Assembly (NCBI GenBank): GCA_963718965.1
Contig: CAVRBJ010000010.1
Coordinates: forward strand, 1,540-65,539
Length of the DNA: 64,000 bases
From: an uncultured delta proteobacterium
GTDB taxonomy: Bacteria > Desulfobacterota > WTBG01 > CAIYCZ01 > CAIRTM01
Direction of reading: 5' to 3'
The position numbers were made by a program, and so were the translations under genes. The notes under the pieces were generated by a model. It did no database searches. It saw nothing but the letters and a program-made list of their open reading frames with translations, and was not told the DNA's origin. Each line of letters begins with the position of its first letter. Within the stretch, counting starts at the first letter, position 1. Shown here piece after piece: positions 1-10,579 of this stretch.

Positions 1-401
1 GCACGCTTTTATGTTTTGAAATATTATTTCCCGCCCTTGTACGTGGTTTTGTCAAACAGGGGGCAGAAATTATCGTGAATATTTCAAACGATGCATGGTT
101 CGGCAGAACAAGCGCTCATTATCAGCATTTCAGCATGGCTGTTTTTCGTGCCGTAGAGTTTCGCCGGCCTGTTGTGCGGGCTGCCAATACCGGAATATCG
201 GGCTCTATTGATGCTGCCGGCCGCATTGTTGCGCAACTTGATCCATTTCAGGAGGGCGTCATAGTGTGCAGCCCCGCCAGTGTTCATGGCGAGACTTTTT
301 ACTGCAGATATGGAGATTTTTTTGTTTTTTTGTGCTCGTGCCTGTGTTTATTTGTTTTATTCTTCAAACAAAAAAATCTGTACCATAAAACCGCAAACTG
401 A
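1..401 (+). CDS. lnt: apolipoprotein N-acyltransferase, C-terminal part (5' end lies outside the window)
   Basis: The frame is open from base 3. The translation CFEILFPALVRGFVKQGAEIIVNISNDAWFGRTSAHYQHFSMAVFRAVEFRRPVVRAANTGISGSIDAAGRIV carries the conserved Lnt CN-hydrolase blocks (C-x-E, SNDAWFG, RAANTGIS), followed by a hydrophobic tail. Confidence 0.85.
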   Translation, partial: TLLCFEILFPALVRGFVKQGAEIIVNISNDAWFGRTSAHYQHFSMAVFRAVEFRRPVVRAANTGISGSIDAAGRIVAQLDPFQEGVIVCSPASVHGETFYCRYGDFFVFLCSCLCLFVLFFKQKNLYHKTAN

Positions 402-1229
402 AATTAAGGTCATTGAGCCGACCTGCTCTGGAAGCTTAACGGCAAGAGCTTCAACGTATTTCCATTTTTCAGGTGTCTGCTGCGGCAGGCCGAAGTGTTT
501 GAGCCAGGTGAGTCGCCAGCGTGGGTCACCGGTCAGCAGGGCAAGATCAGAGCAGAGCCTGTCAACGCAGATCCCCATTGACTCAAGGGAAATCGTCTTC
601 AGTTTCGGTGATTCGCAGGGCTGACTGTGCAGGCAGTGCTGTGCAGCGCAGGCATTGCAGGGGCCTGATCCATAGCGCTCGATAACAGTACCTTTCCCGA
701 GCACTGCTTCAATATCTCGCGCCAGCCGGTGCAGCACGGCAAATTTCCAGCCGACCTTCCATCTCTCGACCAGCAGTTTGGTCTGCAGCACGATAAAAAG
801 ATCAGCCGTATCAAGAATAGCCTGTACTGTATCGACAGGTGGTGACTGCGGCGGGCATCCCGGCAGCCATCCATAGCCGGGACAGCGGTCGAATCGCTTA
901 TAGGCAGCACCGCTGCCGCCCTTGTAGACAGTCCAGTAGGGCATGCAGCACATGTTTTTGAAACGCTCATCGACTATCACAAGCTCAGGAGGCAGCATGC
1001 CTATGCGCGTAAAAAGTTCGGCGCCCTCAATCCGGTATGATTTGATATGCGATGGGGTCAGGAGCTTTTTAAGCTCAGGTATTTTGGAGGTTTTTATAAA
1101 TAAATTATTGTAAATACTTATTTTTTTTGTTTTTGAATATTTATTTGCGCGGGGGGTGTCAATGAGAATGCAGTCGATGATGTTGCGCACCGAATAATTA
1201 ACCGGCAATGTGCGCTTCAAGGGCTTCAT
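357..1229 (-). CDS. Cys-rich hypothetical protein, possibly a metal-binding protein (tentatively DUF2284-like)
   Basis: 290-aa ORF. Its ATG overlaps the radC stop as ATGA at 1226-1229. Cys-rich motifs are present: MCCMPYW, RCPGYGWLPGCPP, GPCNACAAQHCLHSQPCESP and SMGICVDRLC. The family assignment is from memory only and there is no clear catalytic motif. Confidence 0.55.
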   Translation of the reverse strand: MKPLKRTLPVNYSVRNIIDCILIDTPRANKYSKTKKISIYNNLFIKTSKIPELKKLLTPSHIKSYRIEGAELFTRIGMLPPELVIVDERFKNMCCMPYWTVYKGGSGAAYKRFDRCPGYGWLPGCPPQSPPVDTVQAILDTADLFIVLQTKLLVERWKVGWKFAVLHRLARDIEAVLGKGTVIERYGSGPCNACAAQHCLHSQPCESPKLKTISLESMGICVDRLCSDLALLTGDPRWRLTWLKHFGLPQQTPEKWKYVEALAVKLPEQVGSMTLISVCGFMVQIFLFEE

Positions 1230-1915
1230 TGCAGCATGCCTTCTTCGCGAAAGCTCCGGTAGCCGTTGCGGCCGATGACAATATGATCATGCACTTTTAT
1301 ATCAAATGTTGCAGCAGCCGAGACAATGGAAGAGGTGAGATTCCTGTCATGAACTGATGGCTCGGGATTGCCGCTCGGGTGATTGTGCACAAGAATTAAG
1401 GCAACGGCATTCTCATTTAGAGCCCGTTCGATTATCTTGCGGGGATAGACCGCAGTCTGATCGACCGTGCCTTCCTGAACGACTTCATCTTTGATGATTT
1501 CGTTTTTAGCATTAAGATAGACCACGCGGAACTGTTCATCGCCAAGATGTGCCATGGCTGATTTGCAGTAAGCAACAAGATCTGCGGGTGATGAGACGAT
1601 ATCGCGCTTGCCCAGGGTCTCCCGAAGGTAATACTGGCCGCACTCCCTGAAAAGCTTTATGAGCAGGGCTGCATGCTCGCCCATGCCGTTTACCTGAGTG
1701 AGCTGCTCAACCGGCGCTTCGAGCACATGCCTGAAATGAGCCGAAATGCGTAAGAAGGTCTTTTGCAAGGGGCTTTAAATCCTTTTGAGCAATGGCATAG
1801 GTGAGCAGAAGCTCAAGCGCCTCATAGTCGCGAAACGGCTTCCAGTCCCTGTGTGCGGAATCGCTCCTTTGATGCGCTTGCGGTGCTCTTTATAATGTGG
1901 TGCAGGTGTATTCAT
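1226..1915 (-). pseudogene. radC: RadC-family JAMM protein (UPF0758), N-terminal third frameshifted
   Basis: Fragment 1226..1768 has the JAMM core (LILVHNHPSGNPEPSVHD) and the HhH region (VLEAPVEQLTQVNGMGE). The N-terminus runs from the ATG at 1915 (MNTPAPHYKEHRKRIK). DYEALELLLTYAIAQKDLKPLAKDLL lies in other frames between 1770 and 1880, so there are at least 2 frameshifts. Confidence 0.85.
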
Positions 1916-1934
1916 ACATGAGATTTTTATTTTT

Positions 1935-3018
1935 TTAATCGTGCCTGCTATAGATATCCTGCAGCATGCGCTTGATGAATGACGGCTTCTTTCCGATGGA
2001 CTGAAGGTCACGGTTAGTTTCAAGATCATGCTGGATATGGGATACCACATTTGACAAGGCATAGTCCATGCCAGCTTTTACGGCATTTTTGATGGCCTGC
2101 GGATTGGAACGGCCGTGGCAGATGATAACCGGCGCATTAACGCCCAGCAGGGGCGCACCGCCGTATTCAGCATAATCAAAGCGCTGCCTGAGCCGGGCAA
2201 AGGATTTTTTTGAGAGCAGGGCGCCGATTATCGACAGGATATCTTTTTTTGTTTCCTGTTTCAGAGCCACAGCAAAGCTTTCGGCAACGCCTTCAGCAAC
2301 TTTCAGGAGAACATTGCCGGTAAAGCCATCGCAGACAACGACATCAGCAGCGCTGCGGAAGACATCGCGGCCTTCCACATAGCCGACATAATTCAGGGAG
2401 CTGTTCTTGAGCAGACTGTGTGCTTCGCGTATGATATCAGTACCTTTGGAATCTTCAGATCCATTGCTTAAAAGCCCTACCCGTGGTTTTTTACAGTTCA
2501 GGTACATGGCTGCTGTACACTGATGCCATGATGGCAAACTGAACCAGGTTAAAGGGTTTCACTGCGCTGCCGGCGCCGGTGTCGGCAACAACCACCTGGC
2601 CTGCAAGAGTCGGCAGAACAGCTGCAATTGCGGGCCGGTCAATGCCGCTGATTCGTTTTAAAACAAACAAACTGCCTGAGGAAACAGCGCCTGAATTTCC
2701 AGCGCTGACAAAAGCATCACCCTTTATTATCACGCAGGAGCTCAAGGCCGACGCGGATCGAGGAATCCTTTTTTTTTCGGACAACATCAAGGGGATTGTC
2801 TCCCATGTCGAATATTTGTGACGTGTGATGCACTGCAATGGGAGGCCTGAGTCAGCATGTAATCTGCGCAAATGAGGCATGATTGCCTCTCTGTTGCCCA
2901 CCAGCGTGATCTGTACAGGATAGTGCCTGCACGCCAGCACAGCGCCCTCAACAGCGGCATGGGGCGCAAAGTCGCCTCCCATGGCGTCAAGAATTACTCT
3001 GGTCTTTTGTTTTTCCAT
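1935..3018 (-). pseudogene. plsX: phosphate acyltransferase PlsX, single frameshift near 2515
   Basis: N-terminal fragment 2491..3018 (ILDAMGGDFAPHAAVEGAVLA, SAGNSGA) and C-terminal fragment 1935..2537 (PRVGLLSNGSEDSKG, VVCDGFTGNVLLK, GAPLLGVNAPVIICHGRS) together form a full-length PlsX. Confidence 0.9.
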
Positions 3019-3159
3019 GGCAGGTCCTTTATGCGGGAGTTATGTCCCCTGCAAGGCTTATGGTATACGGTGGTATGTATATTTTTTGTGTAAGCCTGTC
3101 AATTTTTATAAACGATACCCTCACGAAAGCCCTGTTGCTGTATATATTATCGAGCCTTC

Positions 3160-4004
3160 TTACTTGTTTTTGAGCCGTGGATTAAGAGCATCCTGCAGCC
3201 CCTCACCAAGCAGATTATACCCCAGCACGGTTAACAGTATTGCACAACCGGGAAAAACTGAGAGCCACCATGCTGTTTCGATATTATCCTTACCTGATGT
3301 AAGAATATTGCCCCAGCTCGGAGTCGGCGGCTGAACGCCCAGTCCTAAAAAGCTGAGGGAGCTTTCGATAAGCACTGCTGCCGCTACGCCGAGTATGGCT
3401 GAAACAAAGACCGGAGCCATGGCATTGGGCAAAATTTGAAAGAAAATGATTCTCAGGTCGCCTGCTCCAGAAGCCCTTGCTGCCAGGACGAATTCACGCT
3501 CTTTGAGGGAGAGAAACTCTGCACGCACCAGACGCGCCACTCCCATCCATGAGGTGATGCCGATGATGGCCATGATATTCCAGATGCTCTGGCCCACAAA
3601 GGCAATGACGGCCAATATGAGAAAAAAGCTGGGGATGCAGAGCATGATGTCGACAAACCGCATGATGCAGCTGTCGAACCAGCGGCCATAGTAGCCGGAA
3701 AGGGCGCCCAGAAATATCCCTATGAACGTCGAGATACCAACGGCAACAAAGCCGACGGCAAGAGAGATGCGGGCTCCCCAGATCATGCGGCTTAAAACAT
3801 CTCGCCCCAGTTCATCTGTGCCCAGCAGATGAGACCAGCCTCGGCGGGGCAAGGATTGCCTGAACATTGATAGCTTTAAAATTGTAAGGCGCCACAAGGG
3901 GCGCGAAAATCAGCCACCAGGAACAGCATGCCCACAATAATAACCCCCGCAAGCGCGAGAGGATTGCGAAGAAGTTCTTTTAATGTTTCGGTTGTTGTAT
4001 GCAT
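3160..4004 (-). pseudogene. ABC peptide/nickel-type transporter permease (OppC/DppC family), frameshifted near 3860-3912
   Basis: Fragment 3160..3897 carries SHLLGTDELGRDVLSRMIWGARISL and the permease core. The true N-terminus (MHTTTETLKELLRNPLALAGVIIVGMLFLVA, ATG at 4004) is in another frame. Confidence 0.85.
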
Positions 4005-4051
4005 CGGTATGTGCTGTGCGTGCAGCCCCTTTCAGATTAAAACTTTCTGCT

Positions 4052-5050
4052 CTATTTTACCCGTATCCTCGGATCAATTAAAGCATAACACATATCAGCC
4101 ACCAGATTACCGATGAGCGTTAGAAAAGCTGTTACGGTCAGAAGCCCCATAATAACCGGGTAGTCCCTGGCCATGATGGCCTGGTAGGAGAGCTGTCCCA
4201 TGCCGGGGATGCCGAATATGGTTTCAAAAATGACCGACCCGCCGACAAGTCCCGGGATCGACATGCCGAGAATTGTCACCAGCGGCAGCAGTGCATTGCG
4301 AAGCGCATGCTTGTAGATCACTGTTGCCTCTGAAAGCCCCTTTGCACGTGCTGTGGTAATGTAGTCATTGCGGATGGCTTCAAGCATGCTTGACCGCATG
4401 TAGCGCGACATGCCGGCTATGCCGCCGAAAGCTGAGACAAACAGGGGCAGGATGAGATGCATCGTTTTATCGAGAACCTGCCCCGAAGCGCTGAGACTTG
4501 CATAGTTGAGAGATTTCAGGCCCGAGATAGGAAGCCAGCCGAGCTTCACGCTGAAGAGCATCATCATCAAAAGCGACAGCCAAAAAGTGGGGGTTGCGAA
4601 ACCGATAAATACGAGCACGGTCGTAATCCTGTCACCAAGAGAGTAGGGCCGCGTTGCCGAGAAGACACCAACGGGGATGGCTATTGCTATGATGAGCAGC
4701 AGGGAGAGAATATTAATAATCAGCGTAATAGAAAGCCTGCGGTCTGCAACGGGCACTTTCCTGTCCCATATTTTGTCGATGACGGGCCGGGAGTCGGTTG
4801 AGAAGGAGTTTCCGAAATCAAGCAGCGCGATGCGTTTGAGCCACAGGCCATACTGGACCAGTAGGGGCTTGTCAAGTCCGTAGTATTTGACCAGCCGCTC
4901 ACGGGCCTCAGGTGTAATCTTGGGATTGAGCTCGGTCATCACATCTGTTGGTTTGCCGGGAGCAAGATGAATGATCAGAAATGAGATGAGTGTAACCCCA
5001 ATCACCACGGGTATCATGGACAGCAGACGTTTGAATAAATACATAATCAT
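4052..5050 (-). CDS. ABC peptide/nickel-type transporter permease (OppB/DppB family)
   Basis: 332 aa, intact. It has the typical N-terminus ([29 protein letters not shown]), an EAA-loop region ([27 protein letters not shown]), and ends in PRIRV. Confidence 0.9.
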   Translation of the reverse strand: MIMYLFKRLLSMIPVVIGVTLISFLIIHLAPGKPTDVMTELNPKITPEARERLVKYYGLDKPLLVQYGLWLKRIALLDFGNSFSTDSRPVIDKIWDRKVPVADRRLSITLIINILSLLLIIAIAIPVGVFSATRPYSLGDRITTVLVFIGFATPTFWLSLLMMMLFSVKLGWLPISGLKSLNYASLSASGQVLDKTMHLILPLFVSAFGGIAGMSRYMRSSMLEAIRNDYITTARAKGLSEATVIYKHALRNALLPLVTILGMSIPGLVGGSVIFETIFGIPGMGQLSYQAIMARDYPVIMGLLTVTAFLTLIGNLVADMCYALIDPRIRVK

Positions 5051-5056
5051 GGCTGG

Positions 5057-6664
5057 TCAGGGTATGAGAGTGTTCTTTTGCAATTTTTTCGGTACATACC
5101 ACTTGTTAATATTGTAGCTGATCCCGATAGGCGATGGTTTAATATTTTGAAGCCGGGAGCTTACAATCGGCAGAGAGTAAGGAACATAGAGAAAGACATA
5201 CGGCACATCTTCGGCCAGTACTTCCTGCATGCGGCCGTAAATTTTTTTGCGCTCGGCAATATCGAAGGTGCGGCGTCCCTGCTCAAGCAGCGAGTCAACT
5301 TCAGGGTTTTGATAGGAGATGAAATTGAGCTCTTTCTCATGTGTCTTGCTGCTGTGCCAGATATCGTACTGATCAGGGTCAAGCCCTATGCTCCATCCGA
5401 GAAGAATTGCTTCAAAGCGTTTTTTATCAATGAATTCATTGATGAGCGTCGACCATTCAAGCACGCGAATGTTCATCCTGATGCCGATCTGTTCAAGTCG
5501 CCACTGAATAATTGCGGCGCTGTTGAGGCGAACGGGATTGCCCATGCCGACAAGCACGGTGAACTCAAAAGGCTTGCCGTCGCGGTCCAGCAGTCCGTCA
5601 CCATCGGTGTCGCGCCAGCCAGCCTCGGCAAGCAGCAGCCTGGCTTCGTCGGGGTTGAAATCATATTTTTTAACTTGAGCATTATAGGGCCAGGTGTTTG
5701 GCACATAGGGGCCAGTAGACGGTTCGCCAAGACCGAGAAGCACGCCGTCGATAATTTCTTTTTTGTTGATGGCATAGGCAATGGCCTGCCGAACCCGCTT
5801 CTCACGGAACCAGGGGTGCTGAAAGTTGAATGCGAGATAGACATAGGTAAACAGGGGGTACTTGAACTTCTGGAAATTTTTTTTAAAGTATTCCGTGTCG
5901 GTCTGGCGCGTGAACTGCAGCGGCGTGAGGCTCATGAGATCAATTGAGCCGGACTGCAGTTCAAGAAAAAGCGTTGCTGCATCGGGAATGAAGCGGTAGA
6001 TATAGGAGTCAAGATACGGGCGGCCTTCAAAGTAGCTCTTATTTGCCTCAAGCACAATCTTTTCACCGGAGACCCACTCCTTGAACCTGAACGGCCCCAG
6101 CCCGACAGGCTTGCGGGTGAGATCGTTTTTTGTGATGTCTTTGCCCTCAAGCAGATGGCGGGGCAGGACGGTCAAATTTCCCCAGGTTGTAGAGCGCCGG
6201 AGCAAAGGGCTTTTCATAGGTAACCCGGAAGGTATAGCGTGTCAAGAACTTCAAATTTCACCACCTGCCTGAAATCCTCAGCATAAGCCGTGGGTGTTTC
6301 TGGATTGGTTATAGTCTTGAAACCGAACTCAACATCCCGTGCTGTGAATCGGACGCCATCCTCCCAGTGCACGTCATGGCGAAGATGAAATGTTATGGAT
6401 AAGGCCATCAGGTGATACGTCCCATGATTTTGCAAGATCGCCGATGACGGTCAGGTCGGTATCGTATTTAACCATGCCGTTGTAGCATAGTCCGCTCACG
6501 TCATGGGAGGCGCTGTCGCTTGCAAGCATGGGTATCAGGATACTTGGCTCGCCGATTGTACCCACGACGAGCTGGTCGCCGTAGGCTTCAATGGAGGCAT
6601 TATCCTGAGCATGCAGGGTGCATGCCGCAAAAAAGAATATGAGAGTGCAGATTGTTTTTTTCAT
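5057..6664 (-). pseudogene. ABC transporter substrate-binding protein (family 5, OppA/DppA-like), two frameshifts
   Basis: Three consecutive fragments: 6374..6664 (signal peptide MKKTICTLIFFFAACTLHA), 6214..6435 and 5057..6217 (SBP_bac_5-like core). It sits directly upstream of the two permease genes. Confidence 0.85.
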
Positions 6665-6732
6665 GCCGGTAATAAAAGACCCTGTTTTATTTTAAAACAG
6701 GGTAAATACTATCATAGTGTTTTGTACTTGTA

Positions 6733-7299
6733 TTAAAAAACATCGGCAGAAAATACAAAAATTTTTGTATTTTTATCTTTCCATGCAGCCGTGGGAAGCC
6801 CCGCCTTCATGCAGGTATGGCCAAGAAATTCGTCCCGGCTCCAGCCATATTCGGTTGCAACCTGCGGCAGAAGAAGTCCGGAATAGTTTCCCTGTATGAG
6901 CAGAAGACCGTGTTTGCCTATTTCAATTTCGCTGATATCGGTTATTTCGCGCATGGGCGTCAGCACGGATAGTTCTATTTCAAGCTCTCCAAGCTCATCT
7001 TGACGCAGCGGAGAAAAACGGGGATCCTGAAAGGCTGCGGCAATGGCCATATCCTCAATCGTTTGATAGAGAGGTTTTATCGCATGGACATAACCGATGC
7101 ATCCCCTGAGCTGCCCCTTACTGTGCAGAGAGACAAAGGCGCCGCGCTTCTCCTGAAGCGTCGGAGTTGGGGCTTCGAAGGCAGGCTGAGTCATTCCTGT
7201 GGCCCTGGATTCAATGACGCTGCGGGCAATGTGGTGCAGATATATTTTTTCCTGATCGGTCAGACCGAGATCGACTCCGACTTGAGTATGCCGTGTCAT
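6733..7299 (-). CDS. AMMECR1-domain protein (AmmeMemoRadiSam system protein A-like)
   Basis: 188 aa with the typical AMMECR1 blocks: GAFVSLHSKGQLRGCIGY, AAFQDPRF and LEIELSVLTP. Confidence 0.85.
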   Translation of the reverse strand: MTRHTQVGVDLGLTDQEKIYLHHIARSVIESRATGMTQPAFEAPTPTLQEKRGAFVSLHSKGQLRGCIGYVHAIKPLYQTIEDMAIAAAFQDPRFSPLRQDELGELEIELSVLTPMREITDISEIEIGKHGLLLIQGNYSGLLLPQVATEYGWSRDEFLGHTCMKAGLPTAAWKDKNTKIFVFSADVF

Positions 7300-7341
7300 A
7301 GTTTCCCCTCATTCTGTTTTGATTCAGGGTAGTTCCGGTGG

Positions 7342-8295
7342 TCAGTTTGTTTCCGTCAGGTCATCACTGGGTGTAAAGGCGACCTCTGTACGGTTGAGAA
7401 TGTAGTCGTAGGGGTTGACATCCTTTCCGTTGACCGTGACTATATAATGAACATGATAGCCTGTCGACAATCCGGTAGAACCCATATAGCCGATAGTCTG
7501 TCCTCTGGTCACTTTTTGTCCATCCTTGACCGTCATTTTTATCATATGGCCATAGGCGGTTTTGTAGCGGCCTTCATGACGAACGGTCACGATATTGCCG
7601 AAATATCTGTCAAAAACAGCACTTTCAACCGTGCCATCGGCTGTAACGATAATAGGGACACCCCTTTTTCCTGAAATATCCAGCCCGTTATGCAATTCAC
7701 GCATGCCGGTAAAAGGGCTTCTGCGCCAGCCGAAGTTTGATGTGATCCAGAGATCGGAATTTTTAACCGGCATTATGCTGGGCAGAAAATTAAGCTTTTT
7801 ATTTTTTTTAGCAATATATCCGGTCAAATCATGGAGGTTATCACGAAGGTCGCTGACGCGCATAGGCAGCGGTTTATCTGGTTCAAACTCAGCAATCTCT
7901 GTTTGCGGATCGAATTTTTCGGGTTTTATATTCCGCTTTATTGGCGATCCGCCCTGACCCATCCGCTCAGCGAAGTCGGAAGGGCTGCCGCTGTCTTCAA
8001 AACCCACAAAACTTCGCAATATGCTCTCTTCCCTGCGCATATTATCGACTCGTTTTTCAATGGAGCGCAAATGTGCCAGCGATGTTTCAAGCAATCGGGT
8101 TTTTTGATGCAGAATGATATTTTTTGTTATCGTATCGCTGCCGTTGATGCCGAACAGGACAAGCATACCAAAGGCAATTGCCAGATAGTAAAAAATACGG
8201 GTGGGTATTTCAACCGTGGTGGTCGTGCTGACCGACTTGCCTGACGTTCTCCAGTCAGGCTGTATGATTATAGTTAGGTGGTCTTTTTTATTCAT
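7342..8295 (-). CDS. M23 family metallopeptidase (LytM-type) with an N-terminal membrane anchor and coiled coil
   Basis: 317 aa. The C-terminal domain has the M23 motifs HNGLDISGKRGVPI and GSTGLSTGYHVHY. Confidence 0.9.
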   Translation of the reverse strand: MNKKDHLTIIIQPDWRTSGKSVSTTTTVEIPTRIFYYLAIAFGMLVLFGINGSDTITKNIILHQKTRLLETSLAHLRSIEKRVDNMRREESILRSFVGFEDSGSPSDFAERMGQGGSPIKRNIKPEKFDPQTEIAEFEPDKPLPMRVSDLRDNLHDLTGYIAKKNKKLNFLPSIMPVKNSDLWITSNFGWRRSPFTGMRELHNGLDISGKRGVPIIVTADGTVESAVFDRYFGNIVTVRHEGRYKTAYGHMIKMTVKDGQKVTRGQTIGYMGSTGLSTGYHVHYIVTVNGKDVNPYDYILNRTEVAFTPSDDLTETN

Positions 8296-8680
8296 GCTTT
8301 CAGAAAATCAAAAAAAATTTTATCAGTACTATAAAATACCAGTATTTAAATTGCAAAGCAAATAATTTTATTGTTGTGACATTAACACTAAATCAGAGAT
8401 TATTAAATAAAATCAAGTGGTTTTGCATTCAAGCTTCTACAAAAATTTTTTTAGTCCCGTTCATACATACCAGCAGGGGAATCCGTGAACGTGGTATGCG
8501 GTAGGATTTTACACCCGGGAAGGATGACTACCGATGATGTGCTCACGATGTCGGAAATAGCAAGCTGTATAGTGCTTCTGCTCTCCCCGTTACGCCAATA
8601 AAAAAATACTTTCGCCGAAAAAACTGTAACGGCTTACAGGCACATACAAACGGCCTTGCATGCTTCAACGGACTATTGCC

Positions 8681-8709
8681 TTGACACGGACACGTTTCAC
8701 TTTTATAGT
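8681..8709 (+). promoter_or_regulatory. sigma70-like promoter candidate for the ACT-domain gene
   Basis: TTGACA (8681-8686), a 17-nt spacer, then TATAGT (8704-8709). It lies about 55 nt upstream of the ATG at 8764, which has an AAGGAA ribosome-binding site. Confidence 0.45.
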
Positions 8710-8763
8710 TAATTACATTGGCAGTCAACCCTTTTGTCATTCATGCAGCAAAGGAATATACCC

Positions 8764-9220
8764 ATGAAAGCCTATCAGCTGAGAATACCTGCCGACAATG
8801 CGCCGGGCATGCTGGCCCGGGTTACTGCCGTGCTTGCCCATGAAAAAATCAGCATACGGGCAACGACCATTTCATCATTCGGTGAACGGGGTTTTTTCAA
8901 CCTGATTGTGGATGATCCTGAACGGGCCAAAAAAGCGCTTGTCCGCGACGGCATCGATGCCGGGCTCAGGGAAGTTGTGGCGATTCTTATTCGGATCAGC
9001 CCGGCGGGCTTGATAAACTGGTTCAGTATCTGGCGAGCGAGAGGATCAATATTGAAAACGCTTACGGTTTTGTAATTGAAAGCCGGGTGCAGGCGGTGTT
9101 TGTTCTTGAGGTTTCCGACACGGCCCGTGTGCAGGAACTGCTGAAGAAAGCAAAGTTTGAAATTCTCTCATCACAGGCCCTGGCCGATATCGAGCCGTTT
9201 CATTATATGAAGAGTATTAA
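8764..9220 (+). pseudogene. tandem ACT-domain protein, frameshift near 8992; 3' end uncertain
   Basis: First ACT domain: MKAYQLRIPADNAPGMLARVTAVLAHEKISIRATT. Second ACT domain, in another frame: DQPGGLDKLVQYLASERINIENAYGFVIESRVQAVFVLEV. The second frame stays open to 9503, antisense to dctM, which is too long for this family. The true stop is therefore probably near 9216 after another indel. Confidence 0.6.
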
Positions 9221-9250
9221 AAGTGAAGTATTAAAAGAGCAGCCGCCGCT

Positions 9251-10552
9251 TCAGTGCAGCAGGCCGGGCAGCCACAGGGCAAGCTGCGGAACAAAGACCA
9301 GAAGGACTGTCTCGAAAATAAGTGCCAGCAGAAACGGCACGCAGCCCTTGAAAATAACTTCAAGGGGCACATCGCGGGCAACCCCGCTGACGACATACAC
9401 ATTTGCGCCCACTGGAGGCGTTATAACCCCCATCTGCGTTACCAGCACGATAATCACCCCGAACCAGATCGGATCAAAGCCAAGCTTGATAACGACGGGA
9501 TAAAAAATCGGCACGGTCAGCATGATCAGCGCCAGGGCATCAACAAAACAGCCGCCGATAAGATACATCAGTATTATCAGCAGCATAACGACCGCAGCGG
9601 GCAGATTCAGGCCCGTTATCCAGCCGGCTATATCATAGGGAATACGGGATATGGCCAGAAAATGGCCAAACACGGTAGCCCCCGCCACGATTACCAGTAT
9701 CATGCAGGAAATGCGGGTTGTTTCATTGAGGGCCTGCACAAAGCCATTCCAGCTGATCGAACGGCGCATAACCGCAAACAGGAGGGTGCCTGCCGCGCCG
9801 ATGGCACCCCCTTCGGTCGGGGTGAAAATACCGGCAAACATTCCGCCCATAACCCCCAGAAACAGCAGCAGAGTTTCTACCGTGCCGGCAAGAGAGACTA
9901 TTCTTTCCCTCCAGGTGGCACGGGGGCCGGGAGGGCCGATCTCGGGCCGCAGCTTTGCCCAGATCAGTATGGTCAGGGCAAAAAGAATTGAGAGCAGTAT
10001 GCCAGGAATAACGCCCGCAATGAAAAGCTTGCCGATGGACTGCTCGGTCATGATTCCGTAAAGAATAAAAATGACGCTGGGGGGTATCAGAATGCCCAGG
10101 CTGCCGCCTGCGGCGACAACTCCCGTGGCAAGCTCGGGCTTGTAGTTATAGCGTTTCATTTCAGGAAGCGCGGTTGCGCCCATGGTTGCCGCGGTTGCAT
10201 TGGTCGAGCCGCAAATGGCGGCAAACAGCGAGCAGGCACCCACCGTGGCAATGGCAAGTCCGCCGGGCAGATGGCCGATGAACTTATAGGCGGCATCATA
10301 GAGCCGACTGCTGAGGCCGGAATGAAAGGCAAGCTGGCCCATCAGAACAAACAGGGGAACAACCGTGAGGCTGTAGGAGTTGAAGGTCGAAAAAACATCC
10401 TTGGCAAGAAGGTTCAGGGCAGCATCCCAGTTAACAATGGAGGCAAAGCCGGTCACACCGATTATTGCCATGACAAAACCAATGGGCAGTCGCGAGAAGA
10501 TAAAAACAGAGAGGGCAATAATACCGATAAGGCCGATGATGGTTGGCGACAT
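9251..10552 (-). CDS. dctM: TRAP transporter large permease
   Basis: 433 aa, intact and polytopic. DctM-type sequence, for example PGGLAIATVGACSLFAAICGS and GGSLGILIPPS. Confidence 0.9.
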   Translation of the reverse strand: MSPTIIGLIGIIALSVFIFSRLPIGFVMAIIGVTGFASIVNWDAALNLLAKDVFSTFNSYSLTVVPLFVLMGQLAFHSGLSSRLYDAAYKFIGHLPGGLAIATVGACSLFAAICGSTNATAATMGATALPEMKRYNYKPELATGVVAAGGSLGILIPPSVIFILYGIMTEQSIGKLFIAGVIPGILLSILFALTILIWAKLRPEIGPPGPRATWRERIVSLAGTVETLLLFLGVMGGMFAGIFTPTEGGAIGAAGTLLFAVMRRSISWNGFVQALNETTRISCMILVIVAGATVFGHFLAISRIPYDIAGWITGLNLPAAVVMLLIILMYLIGGCFVDALALIMLTVPIFYPVVIKLGFDPIWFGVIIVLVTQMGVITPPVGANVYVVSGVARDVPLEVIFKGCVPFLLALIFETVLLVFVPQLALWLPGLLH

Positions 10553-10579
10553 ACAGTTCCTTCAGTGCAAAACTTGGTA

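Noticed and set aside
5078-5947. A 289-aa ORF on the plus strand, together with similar long ORFs at 9254..9991, 10902..11627, 13357..13839, 38136..38609 and 32237..32836.
   Set aside because: Each lies entirely antisense to, or out of frame within, a gene with an unambiguous family signature (SBP, dctM, dctP/dctQ, mnmA, pilT, recN). Their translations are low-complexity and Arg/Gly/His-rich with no motifs, so they are shadow ORFs.
8618-8639. The hairpin CTGTAA-CGGC-TTACAG, followed on the minus strand by T6, considered as the terminator of a small antisense RNA. A possible TTGACT-15-TATAAA promoter lies at about 8702-8728 on the minus strand.
   Set aside because: The stem is only 6 bp and AT-rich, the promoter spacer is short (15 nt), and I cannot assess conservation. 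The evidence is too weak to call an sRNA.
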